From contig OZ024743.1 in assembly GCA_964016885.1 (NCBI GenBank), forward strand, positions 194,370,001-194,434,000: a stretch of DNA of 64,000 bases. The letters run 5' to 3'. The notes beneath the pieces are model-generated. The model did no database searches. It was not told the origin of the DNA and worked only from the letters and a program-made list of their open reading frames with translations. The first letter of the stretch is position 1; each line of letters begins with the position of its first letter. The stretch is from Eledone cirrhosa (taxonomy: Eukaryota). The translations under genes and the position numbers were made by a program. This document shows, piece by piece, positions 24,610-36,693 of the stretch.

Positions 24610-26205
24610 AACGTAGCAGAAGGAAGACGAGTGCACCCGAGCATAAAGCGAAAGGGACACATAACGGGCTACAGCGCAATAACATACATAAGAACGGTCA
24701 CCCTGATAGAACAACCCGTATCAAACGTACAAAGACACGTAATCGCCACCGAAACGTCTTATGGTTCCATCCCCCCTTCGCTCGGAGTGTGGCCTCCGAC
24801 ATACCCCGGATATTCTTCGAAGCCTTAGAGAAGAACTTCACGCCCGACCATAAGTATAGTAAAATCCTTATTAGGAACAATATAAAAATATTCTTCTCTA
24901 CTACTCCTAACCTAGCAGATATCATAGGAACAACTAACCACAGTAAGATCACCAAGACACAGCACCTTAGCACCGACACACCTACACTTAACAACAGCTA
25001 TATCGGCCTTAACGACTCCTTAGAAGCATCTAATGGTGCTGGCAACGGCTTCTACAGACGCAACCTGCATAACCGCGACATGACTGGGGAGTATGCATGT
25101 GACCGCACGGATCACCTGACGGCAACGGAAGACGCTGCTGCGTGCAGAATAATAATGGTACCACCCCGCACACAATGGGTTATAATGGTGCTAATGACAG
25201 GTAAAGGAGCGCAGGTAACAACGTAGATAGCAATAATAATAGCCTTACCGTAGGAACTAGAAGGGACCGCGACCGAAATTGCAACTGCCGCGACATGGGA
25301 CGCTGCCCCCCTTAGGGGTAACTGCCTGACTGATAAAGTTATATATAGGTGCACCGTAACTAGCCATAATAGCGTTAAACATTATATAGGGGCTACCTCT
25401 GGCCCGTTCAAAAATAGATTTCGAACACATCTCACACTTTCGCAAACAAGAAACTAAGATACTCCACTTCGCTCGCGAACTACATCACAGCATTAAAAAA
25501 CTCAAACATCAGCTTCTCCACGCACTGGGAAATTGTCGGCAGAGCTGCACCGTACAACTTCAAGAGGAAGTGCGAGCTTTGCCTCATTTAGCTCTAACAT
25601 ATCATCACCGCAACTCTCGAGCTCATCAACAGCAGAGCTGAAACGACGATAAGCTGTACACACCGCTTAAAAATATCATTCTCTAGATGGAATAAGAATG
25701 AGGAGCGAAAACCGTAAACCGGGTCTCCCTGCACCAAGCTTTAACTCCCCGGCGGGCAGGCGCTGCAAGAAACATCCGGAAACTAACCATGCATCCCAGA
25801 CCCGGCAAGAATCGACCCAGGCGGGCAGGCGAGCGCAAACAAACGTCTCGAAACTAACGTTGCATACCTGACCATGTGCGTATCGACAATGGTAGGGTAG
25901 TAACCACACAGTCGTAAGGATAAAAAAAATCGTCTGGAAAAGACTGCCCTAACACCGGCTAGAGTTATCTCCCTTGACCTACTGCTAAATCAATACATAT
26001 TTTTTTACGAAGAATGAACTCTGACGTGAACTTATCTCTAAAAACCCATTCCGGGTCATGTAAGGAACGCTTTTTAGTTGTTTATGCCCTTGAGAAGCCC
26101 ATTCGGGCAAAACGTACGTAGGTGCTATTTTAAATAAACATGTTTTAACGGTTTTTTCTCCTGTATTTACTTCTCCATGTGTTTCCGCTCTGTTAATTCT
26201 CTTGC
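24610..26205 (+). mobile_element. Penelope-like element 3' half (RT C-terminus, GIY-YIG endonuclease, terminal region), degraded
   Basis: NVLWFHPPF..FFEALEKNF..KYSKILIRNNIKIFFSTTPNLADII; NCNCR..CPLRGNCL..VIYRCTV..HYIGATSGPFKNRF; downstream HHR relic; starts at (TA)n. Confidence 0.85.
26086..26123 (+). ncRNA. Degenerate minimal hammerhead in the PLE terminal region
   Basis: CC-TTGAGAA-GCCC attc GGGC-AAAAC gtac GTA-GG; palindromic stem III; G12 changed to A. Confidence 0.45.
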
Positions 26206-26209
26206 CCAT

Positions 26210-29026
26210 TAGATATTAACACTTCTAATATTTAACACTTCCGGCACTAGTATTGAGCACCCTCTGCATACGCTATTGGCAAATAACTACATGTATCGCA
26301 TAGTGTGCATTGGTAAGCCAGTTAATACAGCACATTGATTATAATTTAAAAAAACAAAACAAAAAAACAGTATACATATATACACATGTGCATATGCATA
26401 TGTAAATACAAGGAGAGATATCAATCTTACAGAGATAGTGCTCTTCTCAATACGTGTGCAGTACCAGTCAAAACAATTCTTTGCACCTCATGCATAGAGG
26501 GTAATCCAGGAATCATTCGCAAATATTGTTCTGTTGTTTCTTGATCATTCCCAGTCCTCCCACAATCACTGGTATTGTAATGGCCTTGAGGTGCCACATT
26601 TTCTCAATTTCAATAAGCAGATCTTTAAATTTTCGTAGCTTGTCAAATTCTTTTGTCGCGATATTGTGATCACATGGGATGCTTATATCTATCAACAAAC
26701 AGACCTTGTTATGTTGATCTTTTATAATGATGTCAGGTCTATTTGCTTTTATGGTCCTGTCAGTATGTACAGGAAAGTCCCAGAGAATTGTTACTTTTTC
26801 TCCTTCAGTTACAGCCCCAGGGTGATGATTTTACCACTTGTCTTCAGCTTTGATTTTGTAATGCGGACATATTACCCAGTGTAGATATTGGCCAACTCTG
26901 TCATGTCTATATTTGTATTCTACTGGTGCTAAAACTTTACACCCAGAGACTAAGTGATCCACTGTTTCAACCCCAGCATTGCAGAATCGGCACTTTAGGT
27001 TTATTCCGTTTCTCATCACATTGGCCTGGTAATTACGAGTCAATAAGCTTTGATCTTGGGCAGCTAAGATGAAGCCTTCACTCTCCGCCTTTAGCCCTGA
27101 ACTACGTAGCCACTGTTGAGTGTGATTTTGGTCAACATCAGCTTGTTTGCTACGGGCCACATATTTGCCATGCACAGGTTTCTGCTCCCAGTTTGTTGCT
27201 AATTGTCCTTTCCCGTTTGCTTTTGCCAGTGATTTTATGTGCCTAGAGGCATCAGTTGCAACAGTTTCTTTAGTCTGTGCAGCCTGGGTATCAAGCATGA
27301 GATCAGTAGCATATTTTTTGCTCTCCTTCAAGATAGAATGAAGCTTCTTACTTCACTCATGCTTCAACAAGTTTCTGCATACAGTCGTTAGTTGTTTCAA
27401 GGTATTTGGCCAGTCCAATGATGGTGGTCTTGTAAACAAGTTCACATTGGATCAGACCACGGCCTCCTTGAGTTCTAGGAAGGTAAAAACGATCCACATC
27501 TGCTTTTGGGTGGTGCATCCTATTACAGGTCAGTAGCTTACGGACTTTGGTGTCAATTCTTTTGATTTTACTCATATTCCAATTCAACACACCGAAGCTA
27601 TAAGTGACAACAGGGACTGCCAATGAATTTATGGCTAGCACCTTGTTACGAGCGTTTAGTTCTGATCTCAGAACTGCACGTACTCTCCTGTAACATTCTT
27701 TCCTTATCCTCTCTTTCATGCTTGCATGCTGTAAGCCAGAGCCCTCATTGATCCCTAAGTATTTATAGGTTTGTTCCTGCTCAAGTTCCTTTACGATTGT
27801 TTCAGCATCCAATTCAACTGAGTCTGAGTTGACAAGCTTCCCCTTCTTGAAAGTGGCTTTTGCACACTTGTCAAGTCCAAACTCCATCCCGATGTCATCG
27901 CTAAACATTTTTACGGTCCGCAAGATGCCTTCCAGTTCGTCATTATCTTTGCAATATAGTTTCAAATCATCCATATAAAATAGGTGGCTTATTTTGTTGT
28001 TGTCAATTCTATATCCGTACCCTGTTCTATTAAGCTCGGATGTAAGGGGTATTAAAGCTATGCAGAAAAGCAAGGGTGAATGTGAGTCACCCTGGAATAT
28101 ATCACAGTTGATGTTTATATTCCTAGAGCACAGTACCACAGTGGAATGAGAGAATTGGATATTTGTGTTCCATAATGACATATTGTGTTTCAGGAAGTTT
28201 GAGATCACAGGAGAGATTTTGAAGATGTCCAGTGATTTCATTATCTATGAATGTGGTATGCTGTCAAAGGCTTTTTTATAATCGATCCATGCACAACTGA
28301 GATTTCTGTGTTTATTATGACAGTTCTCAAGGATCATACGATTAATCAAAATTTGATTTAGCAACCATATGAACCTCGTCGGCACCCTTTTTGTTCAATG
28401 GGGAAAAGATTGTTCTCCTCCAAAAACACGTTTGCTTTTTCCATGAGAATAGAGGTTAATAGTTTATAAAAGGTGGACAAGCAGGTTATGGGCCGATAGT
28501 TTTTTGGATCTTTGGTTTCGTTGTTCTTTGGTAGAAGGTAGGTAATGCCACTTACCAGGAGATTTCCATTTATGAGATTTATTGAGTGCTGTCCTTAATT
28601 CCGCTATAGAGATGTCTTCCCACGTCTGTTCTTCTAAATTTGTGTAGGATATTTCCAGGCGACTAATCCAATCTACATTAGCATTATATGTCTTCTCATC
28701 ACTCCAAATCATACTCCAGAAGTTTTCAACTTCTTCTATGGATGGGGTGGGGTCTTCAATAATTATTTTTCCTCCCTACTTCTCTATAAAATGACTTGGC
28801 ATTGGATGAGAACAACTTATTTTGCCCGTAGAAGTTGTTTCACTTCTCGAATCTACGAATTCGTTGGGCTTTTACTTGGACTTTTTGTTTCAGAGATTCT
28901 TTTGTTGAAACTATTGCTTCTCTAGAAGACTGTCCATATTTTCTCTTTAACTTTCTTACCTTCTTGGATCTTATATCATTTTAAGCGGTTAAATCACTCA
29001 ATAAACATATTTCTCCTCTCATTACG
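26210..29026 (-). mobile_element. R4/Dong-like LINE, family D (5'-truncated, frameshifted)
   Basis: KSPG, IFQGDS, YMDD, CRFC..ETVDHLVSGC, RPD..IDISIP, GTAHVLRRAL; the 3' boundary is approximate. Confidence 0.85.
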
Positions 29027-29041
29027 CCAATCTCCCTTCTT

Positions 29042-29072
<31 letters not shown>

Positions 29073-29096
29073 TTATTATTATTATTATTATTATTA

Positions 29097-31820
29097 CAGC
29101 TGCATTTATCTTATGTAACAGTTCTTTCTTTGCAGTTACTTTTACCTGCTTTGCTTTTTCTGTGTTTTCCATTTCAGCAGTAAATGGGACTTCTGAAATG
29201 TGTAGTCCATTACTGTATCTTTGTGCATCTTTTGTAATGGAGTATGATCTTTTGGTACTTTCGTGTTTCAAAACGAGTTTGATCATCCAATCATGTGATT
29301 CCCTTAGATATGTAGATAATCCAATTGTTGCAGTTTTCAACGCAATATCTAACTGGATTAACCCACGTCCTCCTTCTTTCCTAGGGAGATATATTCTATC
29401 TGTATCCGCCTTAGGGTAATGCATTTTGTGCATGGTTAAGAATTTTCGAATTTTTGTATCGAGCCTACGGATCTCTGTGCTTGACCAGTTGATGACATTG
29501 TAACTGTAGGTTACTACTGGTATGGCAAGCGTGTTTATGGCATCGATCCTATTCCTTGCATTCAATTACTTTCTTAAGATTGCTCTTACTCTGCGGTAAC
29601 ATTCCTTCCTTATCCTTTCCCTCATTGTCGAGTGCTTGATTCCGTCTCCTTCACAAAACCTAGATATTTGTAAGTTTCCTCTTGATCAAGTTCTCTTATC
29701 ACATTCCCTCGATCAAGATTAATGTCTGAACTTTTCAGCAGCTTTCCTCTGGTGAACGTTGCTTTGGCGCATTTATCTAGTCCAAACTCTATTTTAATGT
29801 CATCACTGAACTGCTCCACAGTGGATAATAGCCCTTGCAATTGTTCATCATTTTTTGCAAATAGTTTCAGGTCATCCATGTAGAACAAGTGATTAATGGT
29901 TTTGTCATAGAGTTTATATCCCTGTTTTGTTTCATTGATCATTTTACTTAATGGTATAAGTGCGATGCAGAATAAAAGCGGTGATAAAGAGTCACCCTGA
30001 AACATTCCACAATTAATATTAACTTCTCCAGCTTCCAGTGATTTTGTTTCACTATTCAAAAGGAGTGTCGTTTTCCATGTCTTCATACTGAATGACAAAA
30101 ACCTCCTGACAACGGGGGATATTTTGAAAATCTCTAAACATTTTTCAATCCAACTGTGTGGCAAACTATCGAATGCTTTTTTATAATCTATCCAAGCAAT
30201 TGATAGATTTTTGCGTCTATTATGACAATCTTCCAGTGTCATTTTGTTAACCAAAAGCTGATCCTTACAGCCATATGAGCCTCGTTTACACCCTTTCTGC
30301 TCAATGTGAAATAGGTCATTTGTTATCAGGTGGTCATATGTATCTTTCATTTGTCTGTCTGTCCATGGGGCAAGTATGTTATGAACTTTTTCTTCGGCCC
30401 AGAACTTTTCCCAGAATTCTTGCACTTCCTCCTTGGGTGGTATTGATTTAGCAGTTATTGTTGACTTACCAATTTTTCTGTAGAAGTTTCTTTGGTTGTT
30501 TTTGAACATATTATTGTCCTTATAGAATCTAGATCGTTTTTCAAAGCGCCTTATACGAGCAGCTTCGGGTGACACTTTTTGCTTGATTATTTCTATCAGC
30601 ATGTCTATGTCACTTGTTGATTTTATACTGTACTTTCTTTTCAATTCTCTAAGTTTAGTTTGTTTAACATGTTCACCTACTTTATAGTTTGTTAAAATTT
30701 CTATGTCAGATCGGAGAAGGTTTATTTGGCGATTGATGTTCTCTTGCCAAGTAGATTTCTTGTGGGAATTCCTGAGTTTTTTCATCTTCACTCCACATAA
30801 GTGAGTGGTAACTTTAACCGATGCATAATAGAGATGATTTAAATCAGTAATGTTTAGTTTGTTTGTGATGATAATGTTTTTGAGAATTATGTTAGTCTTG
30901 TGTATTATCTTTTGGTTCTGTTTGGAGTTCTGGATCTTAGGGAGGGTGTCTCGTTGCCCCATGTCAGATTCTTTCATTTTCATCCATTCGATCATAATTT
31001 CATCCTTCAAGTTGGCAAGTTCATTCTCATTCATTTCTTTATCATTTACGATCTCATTATTTTCATTTGGAGTTTCATCTTGAGCATGCACTCCCTCCAC
31101 TTTTTCGATCCTTTCTTTAATTTGTTCTGTTGCCAGTGATTCCGCCCCAACCCTGGGATTCGAAGTGTTACAAATTACCTCGTTTTCACTGACACATGTT
31201 TCATTTTCCCTTCGCTGACTTTGTGCTAATAGCTTGATCTGATCAATTTCTATATCAGTTAGTAACTTTTTTTTACAATATTTTTTCGTATATTGGCTAG
31301 TTTGTTACTGTCAATAAAGCCTCTGTTTTCGGGATGTTTCTTTTTCCAGTTGATATATGTCTGTTCTGTATTCGATGCATTTGATGGGTAGTACATGGCA
31401 GTGTAGAAAGCCTCAAGGACATCTTTATTGTCTTCCCTTGACCATTTTCTCTCTTTTTCTTTGGATTTCTTGGTGGTGAGCATGGAGGGCCAACAATAGG
31501 AGTATTCCGGTTATGGGAGGTCTCCAGCTCCGAAGTGATGGGAAGATTTGAACCATTAGCTGATTTTTCGACCCCAGTCTGGTTCCTCTCTGAGGGACGC
31601 GGCCCTTTTTGACCCGGGTGACGGCCGATCCGGTATGAGATTTTATCATTAGACATTTACTTTATTTTGTCGCGTTTTATCCTTATCCGCCAAGGGGTAA
31701 TCATTTTGTGTTACCACTTCTAGAACGAGTGTCAACCAAGACTAGAGGGGTCATCCTCCCCTAGAGACACGGCTATTCTCCGCCGGCCGCCATCCTGGTA
31801 TTTCTTGGTCACGGGGTTTT
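29097..31820 (-). mobile_element. R4/Dong-like family A copy 3 with 5' UTR and N-terminus, RLE deleted
   Basis: Near-identical to 9090-10150; 492-aa ORF 29622-31100; N-terminal ORFs to 31656; the terminal 16 nt plus (TAA)n are joined directly to post-RT sequence. Confidence 0.88.
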
Positions 31821-31895
31821 CTTTTTTGTTGTTTTTTTAAATTGTTATTATCATGAGTGGTTCCTTAATGTGAGCATTGCGTGGCTTAAGAATGA

Positions 31896-31953
31896 AATTA
31901 TTAATAATTGTCTCCACTCCAGGCACAAGGCCAGCAATTACCCAGTGCATTAC
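31896..31953 (-). mobile_element. SINE 3' tail fragment
   Basis: Reverse complement of TAATGCACTGGGTAATTGCTGGCCTTGTGCC..ACAATTATT. Confidence 0.7.
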
Positions 31954-32879
31954 AATAATATATATACTTTTTGCTGAAGTTGCCTGTTATTGTTGTTGGC
32001 TATGTCGGTGGTGGTGCTGGGGCTTTTTATATTGTTGGTGAGGAAGGGGGGAGCCAGCAGTGCCATAGTTGTTGACGTTTGGCCGGTGGCCAGGTCACTA
32101 AGTCAATCTATTTATATCTTTTGCTAGCCTCTCCCTTGTCTAGTGATACCGCCATCTTCCCCTTTCTTAAGTTAACAGGGGAATAGTGGTGGTAGCAATG
32201 AAGTAGTGGTGGCGGCGGTGATGGGATAGTGGTAGCAATGATGGATGGAGTGGTGGCGGCGGTGGCGTTGTCGTTACTGAGTTTGTTGAATGGACTAGTT
32301 TTTTTGATATGTAGTATCTATGCGTTTGTGTCGCGTATGTTTAATATATGTGTTGAATAGACTAGTTTTGTTTGATCTGTAGTATCTATGCGTTTGTGTC
32401 GCGTATGTTTAATATATGTGTTGACATATTCACGTAATATTGGAATTAAATATTTTGTTAAAACTTGAGACAATAATAATAGTAATTATTATTATGATGC
32501 TGGGATTGGTGGTGGTGGTGGTGAACTTGCCGTTATCTGGCTGTTATATTTAGTGTACACAACGGGGTGATGGGGTAGGTGGTCTATCAAGTTTCTGGTG
32601 TTGGTGAAATTGCTGTTATTTGGCTGTTCTATATAGTGTAGACAGAGGGGGTTTTCTTCCATTTATAACCATTTTCTTTTTTGAATATAAAATATATAAT
32701 ACAAAATTGAATATTTGAGCGATATAACAATATTTTATGGATCCGAAATTTTATGAGACTTGATTCGGTGGTTTATGCATCATTTGTACTAAGAATTGTT
32801 CTTCCACAATTGATTTAAATATGTTAAAAATCAAAGACTTACGGGAGCGATTTCATGACCTTCTACCACCACGTGCGTC

Positions 32880-32930
<51 letters not shown>

Positions 32931-32931
<1 letters not shown>

Positions 32932-34756
32932 GGTTCTGTGAGTCTCAGTCATTGATGTTAGTTAACTGGAAAGTTTGTTGAAATGAATATCAAGTCACTA
33001 CCTGCAGCCTCAGATATTCAGGACGTATCGGAGTGTTCTTGCTGTTCCCAGCAAGCATGCCTTTTGAAGCGTTCCAAAAAGCGCGAAGGGGCCAATTTTC
33101 TTTAACCATCCCTGGAAACTTTTTGAGATAGTCCCTATGACAATCGGGATCACTTTCACTTCATGGCAGTTCCAAATCCTTTTTACCTCCCACTTTAAGT
33201 CCTGGTATCGGTTAATTTTCTCCCTCTCCTTCTCTTGCACTCTCGCGTCGAATGGGCAGGCCACATCCACAATCAGGCACGATCTTTTTTCTTTGACCAC
33301 AACCACCAGGTCAGGTCTATTGTGTTCCAGTTTCGTATCCGTCTGTATCCTAAAATCCCACAGCACCTTCACCTGATCGTTTTCTATCACCGACTCTGGC
33401 TTATGCTCATACCACTTCTCAGAATGTGGTAAATTGTTTACTTTGCATAGGTGCCAGTGGATCACCCTGCCCATCACATCATGTCTCCAGCCCTTATAGT
33501 GAGTCTGGGCTAGGTGTTTACACTCGGATACAATGTGAGCCACAGTCTCCTCTCTCTCTCCACAGATCCTGCACAGTGGGCTAGCCTCCTCCTTGTAAAT
33601 ATGATGGTTCAACCACTTCGTTTTGAGGGCCTGCTCCTGCGCAGCCATTAGCATTCCTTCTGTAGCCTTTGTGAGGTCTCCTCTTCTCAACCAGTTCCAT
33701 GTCTGTGGATCTCTAAATTCAGTTTTCTCAAAGAAGGTACTATGAAGGGATTTTTCCTGAAGGCTGCTCTTTCTCTTTGATGTTATTTCCTCCTTGGACA
33801 TCCCCTGCCCTATTGACCCCTCCTTCAGTACAGTTCTGAGCATTGGCTCCATACTATCGGTCACGTATTTGTGTAGGTTGTTTTTCCCCATCTGAACACA
33901 GTGCTCTATGCTGATAAGACCTCTTCCACCTTCAGATCTCCTTGAGTAGAGTCTATCGACATCACTCCTCTTGTGGAACATGTTATAGATAGTCTTCCTA
34001 GTCTTCCTATCCATTTCTTTTTGTTCAGCAACATTCCATTTCAGAATTCCCGCACTGTACCTAATAATAGACACAGCTCGGGAATTTACTGCACTTATGG
34101 CATTCCTACTGTTCAGATGTGACTTTAATACGCTCCTTACTCTCCGAATGTATTCAGTTCTTATCAATTCCTTAATTTTTTTGTTCTTAATGTCATCAGC
34201 CTCCAGAACACCCAAATACTTGTATCCTTCTTCAGAGTCAATTTCCTTTATCATCTCACCTGTTGGTACCTGGATTCCGTTACTTCTGCTCAACTTACCC
34301 CTCTTCATCACAATGACTCCACACTTACTAATACCAAATTGCATACATATATCATTGCTGAAAATACGGACAGTGTCAATAAGCACATCCAACTCCTTCT
34401 CACTCTTCCCGAAGAGCTTAAGATCGTCCATGAAGAGGAGGTGATTGATGGTAAGCCCTCCCTTTCCCAACCTGTATCCTGCACTCACTTTTCGCAGTAC
34501 ACTGGTCAGGGGCATCAGGGCAAGGACAAACAACATAGGGGACAGATTATCTCCCTGGAAGATACCTCTCTTGATCTTCACGCTTCCCAAGGATTCTCCA
34601 GTTGATGACAACTCTGTTTCCCAGGACTTCATAATTTTGCCCAACAACTGTCTGATTTTATCTGCCACCTTGAAGATCTCCAGACTTTTGGTGATCCAAG
34701 AATGAGGCACCATGTCAAATGCCTTTTTGTAGTCTATCCATCCCATGGCAAAACCA

Positions 34757-34757
<1 letters not shown>
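32931..34757 (-). mobile_element. R4/Dong-like LINE, family C copy 2
   Basis: Flanked by (TTA)n; 3' UTR nearly identical to 16133-16210. Confidence 0.9.
33010..34746 (-). CDS. Uninterrupted 578-aa partial ORF: RT, CCHC knuckle and RLE (5'-truncated retrotransposon ORF)
   Basis: WIDYKKAFD, GIFQGD, FMDD, CRICG..ETVAHIVSEC, HNRPD..VDVACPFD..K..RY. Confidence 0.85.
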   Translation of the reverse strand: MGWIDYKKAFDMVPHSWITKSLEIFKVADKIRQLLGKIMKSWETELSSTGESLGSVKIKRGIFQGDNLSPMLFVLALMPLTSVLRKVSAGYRLGKGGLTINHLLFMDDLKLFGKSEKELDVLIDTVRIFSNDICMQFGISKCGVIVMKRGKLSRSNGIQVPTGEMIKEIDSEEGYKYLGVLEADDIKNKKIKELIRTEYIRRVRSVLKSHLNSRNAISAVNSRAVSIIRYSAGILKWNVAEQKEMDRKTRKTIYNMFHKRSDVDRLYSRRSEGGRGLISIEHCVQMGKNNLHKYVTDSMEPMLRTVLKEGSIGQGMSKEEITSKRKSSLQEKSLHSTFFEKTEFRDPQTWNWLRRGDLTKATEGMLMAAQEQALKTKWLNHHIYKEEASPLCRICGEREETVAHIVSECKHLAQTHYKGWRHDVMGRVIHWHLCKVNNLPHSEKWYEHKPESVIENDQVKVLWDFRIQTDTKLEHNRPDLVVVVKEKRSCLIVDVACPFDARVQEKEREKINRYQDLKWEVKRIWNCHEVKVIPIVIGTISKSFQGWLKKIGPFALFGTLQKACLLGTARTLRYVLNI

Positions 34758-34801
<44 letters not shown>

Positions 34802-34802
34802 T

Positions 34803-34842
34803 ACACTGGGTAATTGCTGGCCTTGTGCCAAAAGTAGAAACA
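34803..34842 (+). mobile_element. SINE 3' tail fragment inside (TTA)n
   Basis: CACTGGGTAATTGCTGGCCTTGTGCCAAAAGTAGAAACA followed by (ATT)n. Confidence 0.75.
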
Positions 34843-34885
34843 ATTATTATTATTATTATTATTATAATTATTATTATTTTCCACC

Positions 34886-35092
34886 TTGGGTCACTGTGGC
34901 CTTTTAATGGGCTTTCTCCACAAATGTCCCTCCGAAGTCTCCCCCCTATTGTGGAATTTTTCATTGTTATTTTTTTGTTACATCCTCTGTTTTTGTTTTT
35001 TACACGCAGAAATGCCCATTTGTATTGTCCTGTATTGTCCTCCACTGTCCTTAATGTCTACTTTATGTAAACCCTTGTGGTTAATAAAGAAA

Positions 35093-35094
<2 letters not shown>
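34886..35094 (+). mobile_element. Tx1 family B, 3' UTR-only copy
   Basis: Matches ~15900-16102; ends AATAAAGAAATC followed by (ATT)n. Confidence 0.88.
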
Positions 35095-35129
<35 letters not shown>

Positions 35130-35130
35130 T

Positions 35131-35475
35131 AAAGGCGGGGGATTGGCAGTATCGGTAGAGGGTCGGACGCCATGATTTGACGCCTAGTTACGGCCCTTGC
35201 CATTCTGAGTTCAAATCCCGCCGAGGTTAACTTTGCCTTTCATCCTTAGGGGGTCGATAAAATAAAGTACCAGTAATGCACTGGGTAATTGCTGGCCTTG
35301 TGCCAAAACTAGAAACAATTATTATTATCGGCAGAGCGTCGGCCAGCCTGCTTCGCGACATAGAGATACAACCCTTTACGTTCTAAGTTCAAAACCCGCC
35401 GAGGTTAGCTTTGCCTTTCATCCTTACAGGGTCGATAAAATAATGTACCAATCACGCACTGGGGTTTATTTAATC
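35131..35475 (+). mobile_element. Two tandem SINEs of the Nin/Deu-like family
   Basis: Full copy at 35131-35318; partial diverged copy at 35327-35475. Confidence 0.85.
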
Positions 35476-35820
35476 AACTTTCCCCAAAACGATCGATTAA
35501 AAAACAAGACCTTGAATATTTGACACAATACACAGACAACATTGTGTGTGCTGTTCCAGCATTGCTGTTTTTTTAGCTGGCTTTATCTGTTCTACATTGC
35601 TTTAATCTATGGACTATATGGTATTGTAGCCTGTTTCTTTATGGATTTCATATATTATGACTTTATATACCATTTTTCAGTATGAAGCCTTATTTGGTAT
35701 TGACTTTGCCTGATTATTTAGGCCAGGCTTGTACACTTTGAAATGAACTACCAACCAACAACACGATTATATAAAACACACGCACGTATATTTATATATA
35801 TATATATATCTGTGTGTCTG

Positions 35821-35861
<41 letters not shown>

Positions 35862-35903
35862 GTGTGTGTGTGTCTGCGTGTGTGTGTGTTAAGAACAGAA
35901 CGC

Positions 35904-36096
35904 GGTTTCTCATTAAGGTCTTTATTGATTATGCACAGTTCCGACAGTTTCACAGATTGGTGGCTCAGGATCCATGTAAATGCTATAGACATGACTCTAG
36001 CCTAATCTGCTCATCAGACTTGTTAATCAAGCAAAACCAAAATTAAATCTGTGAAACGTAGCTGCTCATAATAAATAAAGACCTTAATATGAAACC
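35904..36096. repeat. Foldback insertion containing a hammerhead motif (minus strand 35940-36021)
   Basis: Arms 35904-35958 and 36046-36096; AGT-CTGATGA-GCAGATT...AATCTGT-GAAAC; the other arm supplies GAAAC-GTA-GCT. Confidence 0.6.
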
Positions 36097-36220
36097 TCAC
36101 TTTGTTCTTAATATATTCTCTGCCATAGCATTGCTTGCTGATTTTGATACATTCCTCAGTAAACCACGATTCTTTGTATCTGCCTGTCTCTCTCCCTCCC
36201 TCTCTCTCTCTCTCTCTCTC

Positions 36221-36255
<35 letters not shown>

Positions 36256-36286
36256 ATATATAAATAAATATATATATATATATATA

Positions 36287-36496
36287 TAGAATAGCTTTCA
36301 CCGTATTTTTCAACTAAAGAAATTTTAGTCTGATAATGGGGTTTAGAACCCTCAGATAAATGGGAAAAGATGAGTATTGACGTACATTGACTCCTATGTA
36401 CGTCAATACTCATCTTTTTCCATTTATCTGAGGGTTCTAAACCCCATTATCAGACTAAAATTTCTTTAGTTGAAAAATACGGTGAAAGCTATTCTA
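36287..36496. repeat. Near-perfect inverted repeat (~101-bp arms, 8-nt loop)
   Basis: One mismatch between arms; contains a half-HHR-like CTGATAA-TG-GGGTT tag AACCC. Confidence 0.9.
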
Positions 36497-36646
36497 TTTT
36501 CTAATTTCAAACCTGCTCACAGTTTCAAAACATACTTACTTGTCATATATATATATATACGAAAAAGTATTTCCCACTCTACTACCCTAAGTATTGAGTA
36601 CTCTGGTGCGTTATGGTCCATCTGGTTCCTTACCACAATTCCTTTG

Positions 36647-36693
<47 letters not shown>

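Noticed and set aside
31660-31820. HDV-like ribozyme in the R4-like 5' UTR
   Set aside because: Hairpins are present, but I could not assemble the nested double pseudoknot by eye; it needs a descriptor search.
24299-36173. Shared 15-mer GTAAACCACGATTCT (peptide ESWFTE) at ~24299 and ~36159
   Set aside because: The flanks do not align, and a 15-mer match is plausible by chance in 64 kb of AT-rich DNA.
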